From the IMG/VR virus record IMGVR_UViG_3300047505_000014, positions 1-33,761 of that record: a stretch of DNA of 33,761 nt. One strand, given 5' to 3'. Origin of the DNA: a virus. Taxonomy: Duplodnaviria > Caudoviricetes. Of this stretch, positions 15,800-24,798 are shown piece after piece (position 1 is the stretch's first letter; each line of letters begins with the position of its first letter). The position numbers and the translations under genes are program-made. Below the pieces are notes generated by a model. That model worked only from the letters and a program-made list of their open reading frames with translations. It was not told the origin of the DNA and did no database searches.

Positions 15800-16838
15800 T
15801 GTCTGCATCCTTTCGAGCGAGGTCAATGAGCGAAGAGAGTGTGGGTTCTTGTACGTACTCGAGGTCTGGCAGGTTCTCAAACCGATGCTTACTAATCCAG
15901 TCCTCGTAGCCTGCACCGAGGTAGAGGTATCGACTGATGTCACCATCCTTTCCAATCTCGCGGACGAGGTAGCCCACGATGTCGATAAACCCAGCAATGT
16001 CGCCAGCCATCTGGCCAGCGAGCTTGGGCAACGCCTGTGAACGAAGTCGGCCCTTCTTGCGGTCGGGCTCGACGATGTTCTCTGCTGCAACGAAGATGGT
16101 GTTCATCCGCAGGTCGCGGAACGATCGAATAAGCAGACGGAACAACTCTTGAGCCGGCTGCCATTCCTCCATCTTCTCGATCTCTTCGGACAACTTCGTC
16201 TTGCCAATGTCCACACCTGTGAACTTGTAGACGAGGTACTTGTGTGCCTCCGAGATGCTGTCAATGATGACCGTTCGGTACATGAACGGTTCGTCCATCG
16301 GTTTTCCGATGCGCAGACGCTGCTCCTCAAACCAAGTCCTACCGGGAGTCGTTGGAGGGGTCTGGTCGTCGAGGTCTATGACGGTAGACTTGAGGGCTCG
16401 CTCGGCCTCAAGCAGCTTCTCGATGTTACCCTGATCTCTCCACATACAGTGGAGGGTCAGAAACTCAAAGATGCGAGCCAGCTGGTCATATTTGTTGATG
16501 TTGACGAGGTCCAGACTACGCCTACCGGTTAGACTCATGTCGCCGGCTTCCGCATTGATGAAGAGGACATCGCACATCGAAGGCACGTCAAGAGCAGTTG
16601 CAGCAAAGGTGGTCTTACCGTGCCCGTAGGGGCCGTAGACCATCATGTTGATCTTACGCTTGCCGACGGGCTGCACCGGCACCATCTGGAAGGGCTGCAC
16701 AGCCTTGCGTTCGACAGCTGCAACCTCAGCAATCCGGGCCGTTGCAGCTTCTGCTGCCTCAGCAATCTGCCGCGTTGCTACCTGGACTGGCGCTGCCGTC
16801 CTCCGTTGCGCAAGCGGCCGTCTCTGGAGGGTTGCCAT
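15681..16838 (-). CDS. AAA_24 / Sak4-like ATPase (single-strand annealing)
   Basis: MVYGPYGHGKTT (Walker A), LFINAEAG, VIIDSISE (Walker B), DIVGYL, SKHR. Confidence 0.85.
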   Translation of the reverse strand: MATLQRRPLAQRRTAAPVQVATRQIAEAAEAATARIAEVAAVERKAVQPFQMVPVQPVGKRKINMMVYGPYGHGKTTFAATALDVPSMCDVLFINAEAGDMSLTGRRSLDLVNINKYDQLARIFEFLTLHCMWRDQGNIEKLLEAERALKSTVIDLDDQTPPTTPGRTWFEEQRLRIGKPMDEPFMYRTVIIDSISEAHKYLVYKFTGVDIGKTKLSEEIEKMEEWQPAQELFRLLIRSFRDLRMNTIFVAAENIVEPDRKKGRLRSQALPKLAGQMAGDIAGFIDIVGYLVREIGKDGDISRYLYLGAGYEDWISKHRFENLPDLEYVQEPTLSSLIDLARKDADSGTSFSHPVTARSSTSAPSARTRPAATNSRRAARSASGR

Positions 16839-17056
16839 TAGCCGGTAGCCTCAATCGTCACGAGAATGGTCTTCGTGTTGCCCATCTTCATCAGGGCCTT
16901 CTTCGTGATGTAGAGGGTGCCAATGGCAGGACGGGAGCCGTCAGGAGGCTCGTCCTCCTTGAAGCGCAAGGTACCCGGCGTCTCCTTGTCGAAGGAAAAG
17001 CTCACAGTCAGCAGCTCGCCCTTGGGCTTGGCCACTGGCTTCGTTGTAGTAGTCAC
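16838..17056 (-). CDS. Small hypothetical protein
   Basis: AGGAG SD; FDKETPGTLRFKE...IGTLYI.K pattern; TAATG coupling. Confidence 0.6.
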   Translation of the reverse strand: MTTTTKPVAKPKGELLTVSFSFDKETPGTLRFKEDEPPDGSRPAIGTLYITKKALMKMGNTKTILVTIEATG

Positions 17057-17067
17057 GCGTCATCTCC

Positions 17068-18264
17068 TTAGGACGTAGTGGTGTGAGTGGCGGGCGTAGG
17101 GGCAGTAAGGACAGTAAACGGCGTGTGGGTGAGCCCGACGGTCCCGGCATCAGGGTACTTGACCCTCGATCGCCAGTCGTCACGATAACCAGCCCACTGG
17201 TCGTATTCAGAGTGAAGAATGTACTCGTAGTCAGACCCATCATCCTTGGCCAGACAAGGTGCCTTGAAGGGGCAGTCCCAACTGCAGTCTTTTGTAGGGT
17301 TGGGATACAGCGGCAGGTCTGGACGGAGCATCTCGAGGACCTCTGCGACGATCTTTGTTTGTTCCACCTCCCTCTGAGTCTGATTGCGGCGAAGCAGGTC
17401 ACGGCGAACGTAGCGGTCGCCCCAGAAGTCCTGCTGTTCGCCTAGCGTAGCAAGGATTGAGTTGTAGCGCTCAGGGATCGTACCGTACCGCTCGAGGACA
17501 GCCTTCTTGTAGAGTCGATAGGTAGTCGACTGGCTCATGTCCATCGACAGGTGACCATTCTTCAAGGTCTTGGGCGGCAAGGGTACCGTCTTTTTGAACT
17601 GCTCCCAGATAATGCCCTCAGGCTTATAGCCCACTGGGGTGTAGAAGAGGTCCATCGCCCAATCGTAGGCTCCAGCCTGTGGATTGGTCTGGAGGTTCAG
17701 CTCATCAAACTGAGCGGCTGTCTTGTAGTCGAGGCCCATGATCCGCTCGTGGGCGTCGATCACCACGCGATCGAAGGTCGTTACGTAGTGCACCTCTCGA
17801 CCGTTGAGCGCCTCAGTAAGCCAGGGATGGTCAATATGAGGCAAGGAGTCCCAAAGGAGACTCCAGAGATCAATAGCGACTTCGACCTCTACCTGAGGCA
17901 CCCCGTCGATCCACAGGGTCTCAAACTCTTCGGGGTGCTCCTCTAGCCAGTCTTCGATGTAGTAGGACAGCATACCGGTAGCCAGCTCAAGGCTCTCCTC
18001 GGCCTCGTCCGGCAGGTCCTCAGCCTTGTGCGCGTCGTAGTAGGCAGCAAAGGCTAGGGCTGGGTGCTCAAAGCGATGATAGCCAAACCAGTCTTCAAGA
18101 GCAAAGTGGAAGCCGGTACCAAGGAAGAAGGCCTTGTGCTCTGGCCCGATGCGAACAAGGTTGTCGCGCAGGGTTGAGCCCCAGCCAAACTTACGCCTGC
18201 ATCTTTTGTAGGTCTGGCGGTCTGAGGTGTGAATCTCGATGATCGCTGGATCAGCCATGATCAA
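17068..18264 (-). CDS. PD-(D/E)XK exonuclease (Cas4/AddB-like, Fe-S Cys)
   Basis: S...TYKRCRRK, GTGFH.ALE, VE, FDRV, LDYKT, C-terminal CSWDCPFKAPC. Confidence 0.85.
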   Translation of the reverse strand: MIMADPAIIEIHTSDRQTYKRCRRKFGWGSTLRDNLVRIGPEHKAFFLGTGFHFALEDWFGYHRFEHPALAFAAYYDAHKAEDLPDEAEESLELATGMLSYYIEDWLEEHPEEFETLWIDGVPQVEVEVAIDLWSLLWDSLPHIDHPWLTEALNGREVHYVTTFDRVVIDAHERIMGLDYKTAAQFDELNLQTNPQAGAYDWAMDLFYTPVGYKPEGIIWEQFKKTVPLPPKTLKNGHLSMDMSQSTTYRLYKKAVLERYGTIPERYNSILATLGEQQDFWGDRYVRRDLLRRNQTQREVEQTKIVAEVLEMLRPDLPLYPNPTKDCSWDCPFKAPCLAKDDGSDYEYILHSEYDQWAGYRDDWRSRVKYPDAGTVGLTHTPFTVLTAPTPATHTTTS

Positions 18265-19207
18265 ACCCTACCGGCTCCCCCATCTGGCCTGAGTCAATGA
18301 GCGCATCAACGATACGAACGGCCCAGGCCCCATCGTTGGCAGACGTAGGCATTACACTGTGTCCAGCTTCAAGCGAAGCAAAGAATGCTTTTAGCTCGGT
18401 AGCTAGAGGTTCGTGGTGGACCACCTCGATCTCTAGCGGCGTACCCTCTGCTGAATAGTAGGTCAGCTTCTGGTCAATGTAGTCCAGGTCGAAGGCTCCT
18501 TCGCTGCCCAAGACGCGAAGCTTGCGGACCTTGCGCGGGCTCAACCAATCAGCACTTACCGAACCTACTGCCCCTGACGGGTACTTCAGTGTGCCGTTGA
18601 GCAGGTCCTCTCGGCCCGAGGTCAACTGCACGCAGGCAGTCGAAGCGTAGGCACGCACTGGATACTCCCCCAGCAGCCAGTTGATGATGTCTACATCGTG
18701 CGTAGCCAACTCCATGCCAACGCCAGTAGCGCTGCGAGTCCTTGCCTCGCGGAGGCCCGAGCGTCTCGTCTCGATGAACTGGACCTGGCCTGCAAGGTGA
18801 AGGACTTCGCGTAGCCTTAGGACAGCAGGATTGAAGCGTTCAATGTGTCCAACCATTAGGGGCACACCCAAGGTAGTACTAGCGTTCGCCAAGTCCTGTG
18901 CCAGCGGAGCCTCGTCGGCCAAGGGCTTTTCCACGAAGGTAGGGATACCCCTCTCAAGCGACGCTGATGCATGATCAAAGTGGCAGGCAGTCGGCGTAGC
19001 AATCACTACGGCATCCAGCTCTGCGGTATCTAGCATGTCCTCAAAGTTGGTGTAGCCCTGCAGGTCGGGGATTGCTGCAGTTGTCTCAACGAGCCTAAGA
19101 CCTCTAAGGTCGGAGACTGCTACCAGCTCCACATTGGGAAGGGTCTGTAGGACTCGTAGGTGGTTACGCCCCATAGAGCCAAGGCCAGCAAGGCCTACCC
19201 GCATCAT
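18251..19207 (-). CDS. Gfo/Idh/MocA oxidoreductase (WbpB/WlbA-like NDP-sugar 3-dehydrogenase)
   Basis: GLAGLGSMG..H, IATPT..H, VEKPLA, VGHIERFNPAV, ELATHDVD. Confidence 0.9.
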   Translation of the reverse strand: MMRVGLAGLGSMGRNHLRVLQTLPNVELVAVSDLRGLRLVETTAAIPDLQGYTNFEDMLDTAELDAVVIATPTACHFDHASASLERGIPTFVEKPLADEAPLAQDLANASTTLGVPLMVGHIERFNPAVLRLREVLHLAGQVQFIETRRSGLREARTRSATGVGMELATHDVDIINWLLGEYPVRAYASTACVQLTSGREDLLNGTLKYPSGAVGSVSADWLSPRKVRKLRVLGSEGAFDLDYIDQKLTYYSAEGTPLEIEVVHHEPLATELKAFFASLEAGHSVMPTSANDGAWAVRIVDALIDSGQMGEPVGFDHG

Positions 19208-20310
19208 GCTACTGCCGCCTTGAGTGCATCAATCACCTGGTTCTGCTCACTTTCAGTAAGGCCTGGATAGATGGGCAAGCTAATCACCTGCCTGGATACA
19301 ACCTCTGTTGCTGTCAACCAAGCAGACTGACTCAAGCCTAGCCTCTGATAGTAGGGCTGGCAGTGGACCGGGATGCCGTAGTGGACTGCTGTCGACACGC
19401 CGTACTCTGCCATCTTAGCTCTGATGTCATCACGACGAGTTGGGAGCACCCTGATGACGTACTGGTGATACACGTGATGCCGCCCCTCGGGAACGGAGGG
19501 AGTTACCACATCTGCAAGGTTGGCCAACTCAACATCGTAGGTAGTAGCGTGGCGACGGCGCTCGTTATTCATGTCATCAAGGCGTACCATCTGCCCGAGG
19601 GCAATGGCGGCACTGACCTCAGGTAGTCGGTAGTTGTACCCAAGCGTCTCGTGAAGGTAGGCCTCTCGTGCACCGTGGCTACGATAGGAGAGCAGGCGGA
19701 AGTGGAGAGCAGAGTCGCTCGTAGAGATAAGTCCACCCTCTCCCGCAGTCATGTTCTTAGTTGCGTAGAGGCTAAATGCGCCAGCGTTACCAATCGAACC
19801 GGCCTTCTGGCCTTGCACGTCGGCACCGTGAGCCTGACTGGCGTCCTCAAGGATGTGCGGCACGAAGCCTGTCGAGCTGCATGCTCGATGCAGGGCGATT
19901 GGATCGACCATCAGGCCGAAGAGATGAACTGGAATGATCGCAGCGGTACGGGCAGTCACAACCTCGGCCAGACGGTTGAGGTCCATCAGAAAGGTGTCCC
20001 GGTCGATGTCCACAAGCACCGGCTTGGCACCTAAGGCCAGGATCGCAGCGACAGTAGCGTTGAAGGTGAAGGACACAGTGATGACTTCGTCGCCCGGCTT
20101 TACACCGAGGCAGGCAAGTGCAGCAATGAGCGCAGATGTGCCGTTGTTGACTGCCACTGCGTACTTAGTATTGCAGTAGGTAGCCCAGCCCTCCTCAAGC
20201 GCTTCACCCTTGGGTCCCTTGCTGAGGCTGCCTGAGTTCAGGACCTCTTGCACTCCTCTACGCTCCGCCTCCCCCATAATGGGCCGAGCCATCGGTACGC
20301 GAGTCACCAT
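19204..20310 (-). CDS. DegT/DnrJ/EryC1/StrS PLP aminotransferase (WbpE/WlbC-like)
   Basis: NGTSAL, FTFNAT, PVHLFG, EDASQAHGA, FSLYATKNMTAGEGG (catalytic K), GYNYRL, HVYHQY, SLPIYP. Confidence 0.92.
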   Translation of the reverse strand: MVTRVPMARPIMGEAERRGVQEVLNSGSLSKGPKGEALEEGWATYCNTKYAVAVNNGTSALIAALACLGVKPGDEVITVSFTFNATVAAILALGAKPVLVDIDRDTFLMDLNRLAEVVTARTAAIIPVHLFGLMVDPIALHRACSSTGFVPHILEDASQAHGADVQGQKAGSIGNAGAFSLYATKNMTAGEGGLISTSDSALHFRLLSYRSHGAREAYLHETLGYNYRLPEVSAAIALGQMVRLDDMNNERRRHATTYDVELANLADVVTPSVPEGRHHVYHQYVIRVLPTRRDDIRAKMAEYGVSTAVHYGIPVHCQPYYQRLGLSQSAWLTATEVVSRQVISLPIYPGLTESEQNQVIDALKAAVA

Positions 20311-20825
20311 GAAGCCCATCCTTTGTGGTTTGCAGGTACTCCAACCACGATCTCAAAGTCGAGCACGTCACGAAGGACGACTGCACCAGCACCAACGACG
20401 GCGTGACGACCGATCGTTACGCCAGCGCGGATGATGGCACCAGCCCCAATGGAGCACCAGCTGCGGAGGGTGACGCCCTCGGGAAACCAGTCAATGCCCT
20501 CTTGACGCAAGCCACCATCAGGCCTCACTGCCCGTGGTCGGCGCTCGTTAGTCAAGATTGCACCGGGGCCAATGAAGACGCCTGCCTCAACAATCGCAGG
20601 CGCGTAGATCAGAGCGTTGTTCTGGATCTTGCAGCCGTCCCCAATGATCACGCCTACGTCGATGAAGGCACCACGGCCAATGATACAGTCCATACCAATG
20701 TGGCAGCTCTTGCGAAGGGAGGCACCGTGCCACACCTTGGTACGTGCACCAACGGTAACGCCGTCTTCGACATCAGCAGTCGGATGGATGTAGGAGGTTG
20801 GGTGTGCAAAGAGGCCATATGGCAT
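20304..20825 (-). CDS. Hexapeptide-repeat N-acetyltransferase (WbpD/WlbB-like)
   Basis: IHPTA.V, TKVWH, CKIQNN, VFIGP...LTN...PRA, SIGAGA, VVGVPA; AGAAAGG SD before ATG 20825. Confidence 0.9.
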   Translation of the reverse strand: MPYGLFAHPTSYIHPTADVEDGVTVGARTKVWHGASLRKSCHIGMDCIIGRGAFIDVGVIIGDGCKIQNNALIYAPAIVEAGVFIGPGAILTNERRPRAVRPDGGLRQEGIDWFPEGVTLRSWCSIGAGAIIRAGVTIGRHAVVGAGAVVLRDVLDFEIVVGVPANHKGWASW

Positions 20826-20905
20826 AGTTGTGGCCTTTCTATGAGGGTTGGGCTCGACGGGCGGAGCCGGCCTGGAGACCATCACACCCGTCGAGCCAGT
20901 TGGAG

Positions 20906-21002
20906 CGACTAGCGCTCCGGGGAGCAGCCTTGTAAGAGGCGGCCGAGATGACTGTGGACACTTACAGTCACACCTCTAGGCTGCTCACCGGAGAGCTAGT
21001 CG
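20906..21002. ncRNA. Long structured intergenic element
   Basis: CGACTAGCGCTCCGGGGAGCAGCCT pairs with AGGCTGCTCACCGGAGAGCTAGTCG (2 mismatches). It encloses AGAGG/CCTCT and TGACTGT/ACAGTCA stems. Confidence 0.55.
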
Positions 21003-21187
21003 TCATCAGTCGCATCGTTGTATTTGCTCTGCGTAGGGTTCGACACGGTCTTGTTGGCCTGACAGCACTTTGACTTTTGCCAGTGCTTCTTGAGCTCGGT
21101 CTGAGTAGAGAAGCGCCCGGCGCACCACGTGCAGACGACCATACGGCCGTCGTCCTTGCCGCCCTCGATGACAGTTAGAGTGCTCAC
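20996..21187 (-). CDS. C2H2/C2HC-type zinc-finger protein
   Basis: CTWCAGRFSTQTELKKHWQKSKCC matches CxxC-x3-F-x5-L-x2-H. Confidence 0.65.
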   Translation of the reverse strand: MSTLTVIEGGKDDGRMVVCTWCAGRFSTQTELKKHWQKSKCCQANKTVSNPTQSKYNDATDDD

Positions 21188-21549
21188 GCTCTGAGCTCTA
21201 CTGTGCTACCACACTCGCCATCTTCACTGACGGTGCAGCTGTACAGAGCTCGGTCGGGGTAGCGTTCAGCAAGCCAACTCACGATCCGCAAAGCAATGGC
21301 CTCGCAGGACCAGTTGATGTTCCAGCCTGGCACTAGGTCTTCAGCCACGAGCCTGTTCAGCCAGTCGAGAAGGTCGTGATACTCAACCTCCCGCTCATTG
21401 TGCATAACCTGCACTTCAAGGTGCACCTTGAACAAATGGCGATGGAGATTGGACAAGTAGGCCCTGCTCGTCGGCGCACCGGGCCATCGGTGAAACTCAA
21501 TGAACTGTGTAGTAACAAAGATGGAGGTCAAGGTGATGGGTGTAGTCAC
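21184..21549 (-). CDS. dpdL: QueD-paralogous T-fold protein, DpdL-like (proposed CDG decarboxylase)
   Basis: F..FH.W..AP....YLSNLHRHLF (LxxxHRHxF in place of QueD CxxxHGH), REVEY, SCE.IA, VSEDGE.G. GTG 21549 follows GGAG. Confidence 0.65.
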   Translation of the reverse strand: MTTPITLTSIFVTTQFIEFHRWPGAPTSRAYLSNLHRHLFKVHLEVQVMHNEREVEYHDLLDWLNRLVAEDLVPGWNINWSCEAIALRIVSWLAERYPDRALYSCTVSEDGECGSTVELRA

Positions 21550-21596
21550 GAGTGTCTCCAAGCGAAGTTGCTCCAGGTGGCTCAGGGGCCTCCGCC

Positions 21597-21630
21597 ATCT
21601 TAGGCCCGTTGCGGCTACCTCGTCAAGAGT
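21597..21630 (-). promoter_or_regulatory. Sigma70-type promoter
   Basis: TTGACG-18 nt-TAAGAT upstream of the dpdL-like gene. Confidence 0.6.
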
Positions 21631-21633
21631 ACG

Positions 21634-21684
21634 AGAACAAAGGAAGAAGTCTGCAGCCCCGGATGAGGCACGGGACTGCAGACT
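21634..21684 (-). terminator. Intrinsic terminator
   Basis: 14-bp stem (21648-21661 with 21671-21684, one G-U on the - strand) followed by UCUUCCUUUGUUCU. Confidence 0.65.
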
Positions 21685-21769
21685 CCTCTGGCGCGGCTAT
21701 CACGTCCTTCGATTTGGCAGACTGGTTACTACCTTCACGTTTCACGCCGCCGCTTGACCCACGAAAGAA

Positions 21770-22099
21770 CTAGACCTTGGCAACCACCCGACGACGAGTG
21801 ACCTTGGCCGGAGCCTTGGCCGGAGCTGCCTTGGCGGGGGCCTTGGCCGGAGCCTTGACAGCAGGCTTGGCCTTGGGGGCCGCCTTCGGCTTCTCGGCCT
21901 TGGGTGCACGCGGCTTGGCCTCAACGAAGCCACCGCGGCTAGCGACACCGTAGACGAAGCCGTACGGAACGCCGAACAGGTCACGAACCTGAAGGACGGT
22001 GTAGTCGGCCTCAAGCAGCATCCGCATACCAGCGGACTTGCTCTCAGCTGCAAGGGCCTTGGTCTCGAGGGCCTTGGCCTGGACGGGGGTGCGAGCCAC
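21770..22099 (-). CDS. HTH protein with histone H1-like (K/A/P) tail
   Basis: AAGGAGG SD before GTG 22099; KSAGMRMLL...Y HTH followed by PAKA repeats; has its own promoter and terminator. Confidence 0.75.
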   Translation of the reverse strand: MARTPVQAKALETKALAAESKSAGMRMLLEADYTVLQVRDLFGVPYGFVYGVASRGGFVEAKPRAPKAEKPKAAPKAKPAVKAPAKAPAKAAPAKAPAKVTRRRVVAKV

Positions 22100-22172
22100 T
22101 TCTGGCCTCCTTGTGATGCCCCAAAGGGCGGATGGACGGCACCGCCCAATGGGTGGACGGTTGACAAAAGAG

Positions 22173-22201
22173 ACATTAGTCCCAACGAAATGAGACGGCA
22201 A
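22173..22201 (-). promoter_or_regulatory. Sigma70-type promoter
   Basis: TTGCCG-17 nt-TAATGT. Confidence 0.55.
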
Positions 22202-22210
22202 CAGTTGTTT

Positions 22211-23548
22211 TCAGGTACGGGCTAGACGGGCACGGTCCAATATGACGTCTGCGAGTCTCTTCTTTCCAGCCAAGACGTCGAGGGCAGCGAAGTCGTGCGT
22301 CTCCTCGTGAACGAGGTAACGGGCGAAGACTGTGTCGACTTGGCCCTCACGGTGGAGTCGACTCTCTGCCTGGAGTTGAGTCGTCATGTTCCAATCGAAC
22401 TCCAGGAAATACACGTCATGCGTCTGTTCAGCGACGCTCCAAGACTTGCCCATCTGAACTGTCGAGAGCAGGATTGGGCCCTCGCCAGCGGCAGTCGATT
22501 GCTTGAAGAACTGGACCGACTTACCAAACCGGTCGCCCATTCCGCCACGGATGACATACACAGGCCGCTTGGTGGCAGCAAAGAGGGCCTTCTCGAGGTA
22601 GGGCAAAGCCTCCGCAAAGGGGCTGAAGACCACGAAGGGGTCGGGGTTTCGTTCAGCAATGGCAACCAAGGCGGCTATGGCAGCACCGTCGTCGTCCACT
22701 CCAAGAATGCGGGGGCACGCTAGGGCCTGGCGCAGTCTCGTTTCTCGGGCTAGAACCGAAGGCGTCAGGAGCAGGCCGCCGGGGTTGTCGATCTCTGCGA
22801 TCATGTCGACTTCTAGTTGGCGGTACAGCTTGGTCTGGCGAGGGGTCATCGTTAGTGGTACTCGCTGGCGAACCTTGTCCGGCAGCGGTACTTCACCCTC
22901 CAAACGGCGAAGACAGACCCCAGCTAGCTCCTCGTTCCAGAGAGCCTTTGCGTTGGTAACTCCCTCGACGTGCCAGCCGAACTGATCTTCCCAAGTGATG
23001 GCGTACTTCTGGACGAACTTCCAATACGAGGACCAGCGATGCTTGTCGATGAGGTGGAGGATTGGCCAGAGGTCACCAGCAGCCTTGACAATCGGAGTAC
23101 CCGAAAGGAAGAACACAGGGATGCGGCCAAAGCCTCGTTGGCTCTGGTTGAAGGCAGACCTCACTGTTACGAAGAGAGTCCTCGTCTTACGATTGCGAAG
23201 CATCTGACTCTCGTCGAAGATGATGCCATCCCAGTCATACTCAAACGCAGTGGCCAGACGGCTGTAGTTGGTAAGTATGATACCTGGTTGCTCGAGCATA
23301 ATACGCTGCGCTCCAGGGCCTGCGTACACTGAGGCCGTCTCGTCAAGCCAGAGGGCCACTTCGTCTTGCCAAACACCCAGCGCGTCACCTGTTGCAACGA
23401 TGAGGACGCGCCCTTCCGGCACGAGGTCACGCATTGCAAGCAGGGCTTGCATGGACTTCCCGAGACCTGGACGGTCGGCCAGAAGGGCGCGGCGATGTGA
23501 GGTCAAGAACTCGAGGCCATCAGCCTGATAAGGGCGGATCTCTAACAC
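22211..23548 (-). CDS. SNF2-family SF2 helicase
   Basis: LLADRPGLGKS, IIFDESQ, LSGTPI, VVFSPF, QAESRLHREGQ. Confidence 0.9.
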   Translation of the reverse strand: MLEIRPYQADGLEFLTSHRRALLADRPGLGKSMQALLAMRDLVPEGRVLIVATGDALGVWQDEVALWLDETASVYAGPGAQRIMLEQPGIILTNYSRLATAFEYDWDGIIFDESQMLRNRKTRTLFVTVRSAFNQSQRGFGRIPVFFLSGTPIVKAAGDLWPILHLIDKHRWSSYWKFVQKYAITWEDQFGWHVEGVTNAKALWNEELAGVCLRRLEGEVPLPDKVRQRVPLTMTPRQTKLYRQLEVDMIAEIDNPGGLLLTPSVLARETRLRQALACPRILGVDDDGAAIAALVAIAERNPDPFVVFSPFAEALPYLEKALFAATKRPVYVIRGGMGDRFGKSVQFFKQSTAAGEGPILLSTVQMGKSWSVAEQTHDVYFLEFDWNMTTQLQAESRLHREGQVDTVFARYLVHEETHDFAALDVLAGKKRLADVILDRARLART

Positions 23549-23550
23549 AG

Positions 23551-23931
23551 CTAACTTCCAGCAAGAGCTAGGCGTGCCTCCTTGAGGGCACCCTGGAGAA
23601 TGGACCAGTCATGCGCTTGCATTGGTGGGGGAGTTGAGGCTGCTTCCACCAGTTTAGCCAGCGCGGCGCGGAGGCGGGCGATCTCGGCCCATTGGCGGCC
23701 TATGAAGGCCTCGCGGTCCAGTGCTTCGGCCGCGTGCCCGCACCAGTCGTCCGGCAGGGCGGCGAGGATGGCGGCGGCCTCCTCTCGGTGTCGTTCTGCG
23801 TCGCACGGTTCAGGGATGACGGCCGCGTGGAGGTTGTGTTCGTCCGGTCCCTGCTCAATGCGCTCGTGCTTCCCACGATGACGGGCAGCAAGCGCCGCAG
23901 CGAGCGGGGCGAGTCCGTTGTCGGTCATCAT
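23551..23931 (-). CDS. Hypothetical protein
   Basis: ATGA coupling; AEIARLRAAL..L...A...L motif common in phage accessory genes. Confidence 0.6.
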   Translation of the reverse strand: MMTDNGLAPLAAALAARHRGKHERIEQGPDEHNLHAAVIPEPCDAERHREEAAAILAALPDDWCGHAAEALDREAFIGRQWAEIARLRAALAKLVEAASTPPPMQAHDWSILQGALKEARLALAGS

Positions 23932-24329
23932 TCGGCTGCGAGAGATCTGGGCTTTACTACACTAACCGTAGTGGCGTCCGGCTTCAGATTACAGCTGTCA
24001 AGGTAGCGCGTCTCGTTGATCTCGTTGCGCTCCCATTTCTCTACGACGTAGACGGGCCAGTCGGCGCCGGCTTCCATCTCCTCGTGGCCGACAAAGTAGG
24101 TGATCCAGACATGAGGATCAGGTTCAGGCTCAGGGGCCACAAAGGTCATTCCAATAGGCGTGTCGCTACTAACGGCGGTCGCCTTGCGCACTTCAGGATT
24201 GCTGATAAAGTCATTGAGCAGGTCTAGCGTGCGTTGACTACGCCGTCGATCAGCCCAGTCTGACGCAAAGACGATAATCACTAGGCCAATCACGACAGCC
24301 AAAAGAATGGCTTGCTGCAAGTCAGTCAT
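23928..24329 (-). CDS. Hypothetical membrane-anchored protein
   Basis: GGAGGAG SD before ATG 24329; N-terminal TM AILLAVVIGLVIIVF. Confidence 0.6.
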   Translation of the reverse strand: MTDLQQAILLAVVIGLVIIVFASDWADRRRSQRTLDLLNDFISNPEVRKATAVSSDTPIGMTFVAPEPEPDPHVWITYFVGHEEMEAGADWPVYVVEKWERNEINETRYLDSCNLKPDATTVSVVKPRSLAAE

Positions 24330-24798
24330 AGCTCTCCTCCATTCCAGTTGGGTCGGCTTTGGAATAAGTATGTACGAAGCCAAGGTGGGCAAGACTAAAG
24401 GTCAAAGGCTCTTTACAGATACGACAACAAGGCCCTCTGTCGTAATCAACTCTAATGACTCGGTGTCCATCCTGGAAGAGGACCCTTGTCTGAGTCGGGC
24501 TGAGTCGGAGAGGTGCCCGAACAAAACGAGGGTAGCCAGGACCCTTTGCGCTATCGCCTCGGCCTCGTTCCACGACAGGTTGGGGTTTGGCTGGTCGAGG
24601 ATGGCCACTGTTACCAGAGCGATCAGCTCCCGATCCATTCTGCATTACCTTCCAGATTGAATGAGCCTGAGAGTACGACATGGAGAGAAGCTCAACGACG
24701 TCGGTGCGGTCGCAGCCCAAGCCAAAGAGGGCTCTTGCGCGGTCTGCCTTGGTCCCTGGACCCTCGACGATCTTCTCGAGCTCTTGCTCAAGGCTCAT
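24322..24798 (-). CDS. HTH plus Zn-ribbon protein (paralogue of 24795-25349)
   Basis: GTKADRARAL...MSYSQAHSI; C-terminal CRIC...FVH. Confidence 0.7.
   Translation of the reverse strand: MSLEQELEKIVEGPGTKADRARALFGLGCDRTDVVELLSMSYSQAHSIWKVMQNGSGADRSGNSGHPRPAKPQPVVERGRGDSAKGPGYPRFVRAPLRLSPTQTRVLFQDGHRVIRVDYDRGPCCRICKEPLTFSLAHLGFVHTYSKADPTGMEESYD

Noticed and set aside
17068-18264. CRISPR-associated Cas4
   Set aside because: No cas genes or array; context is the usual exonuclease-Sak4-SSB recombination module.
22161-22190. Plus-strand TTGACA promoter
   Set aside because: No acceptable -10 at 16-18 nt and no credible + strand gene downstream.
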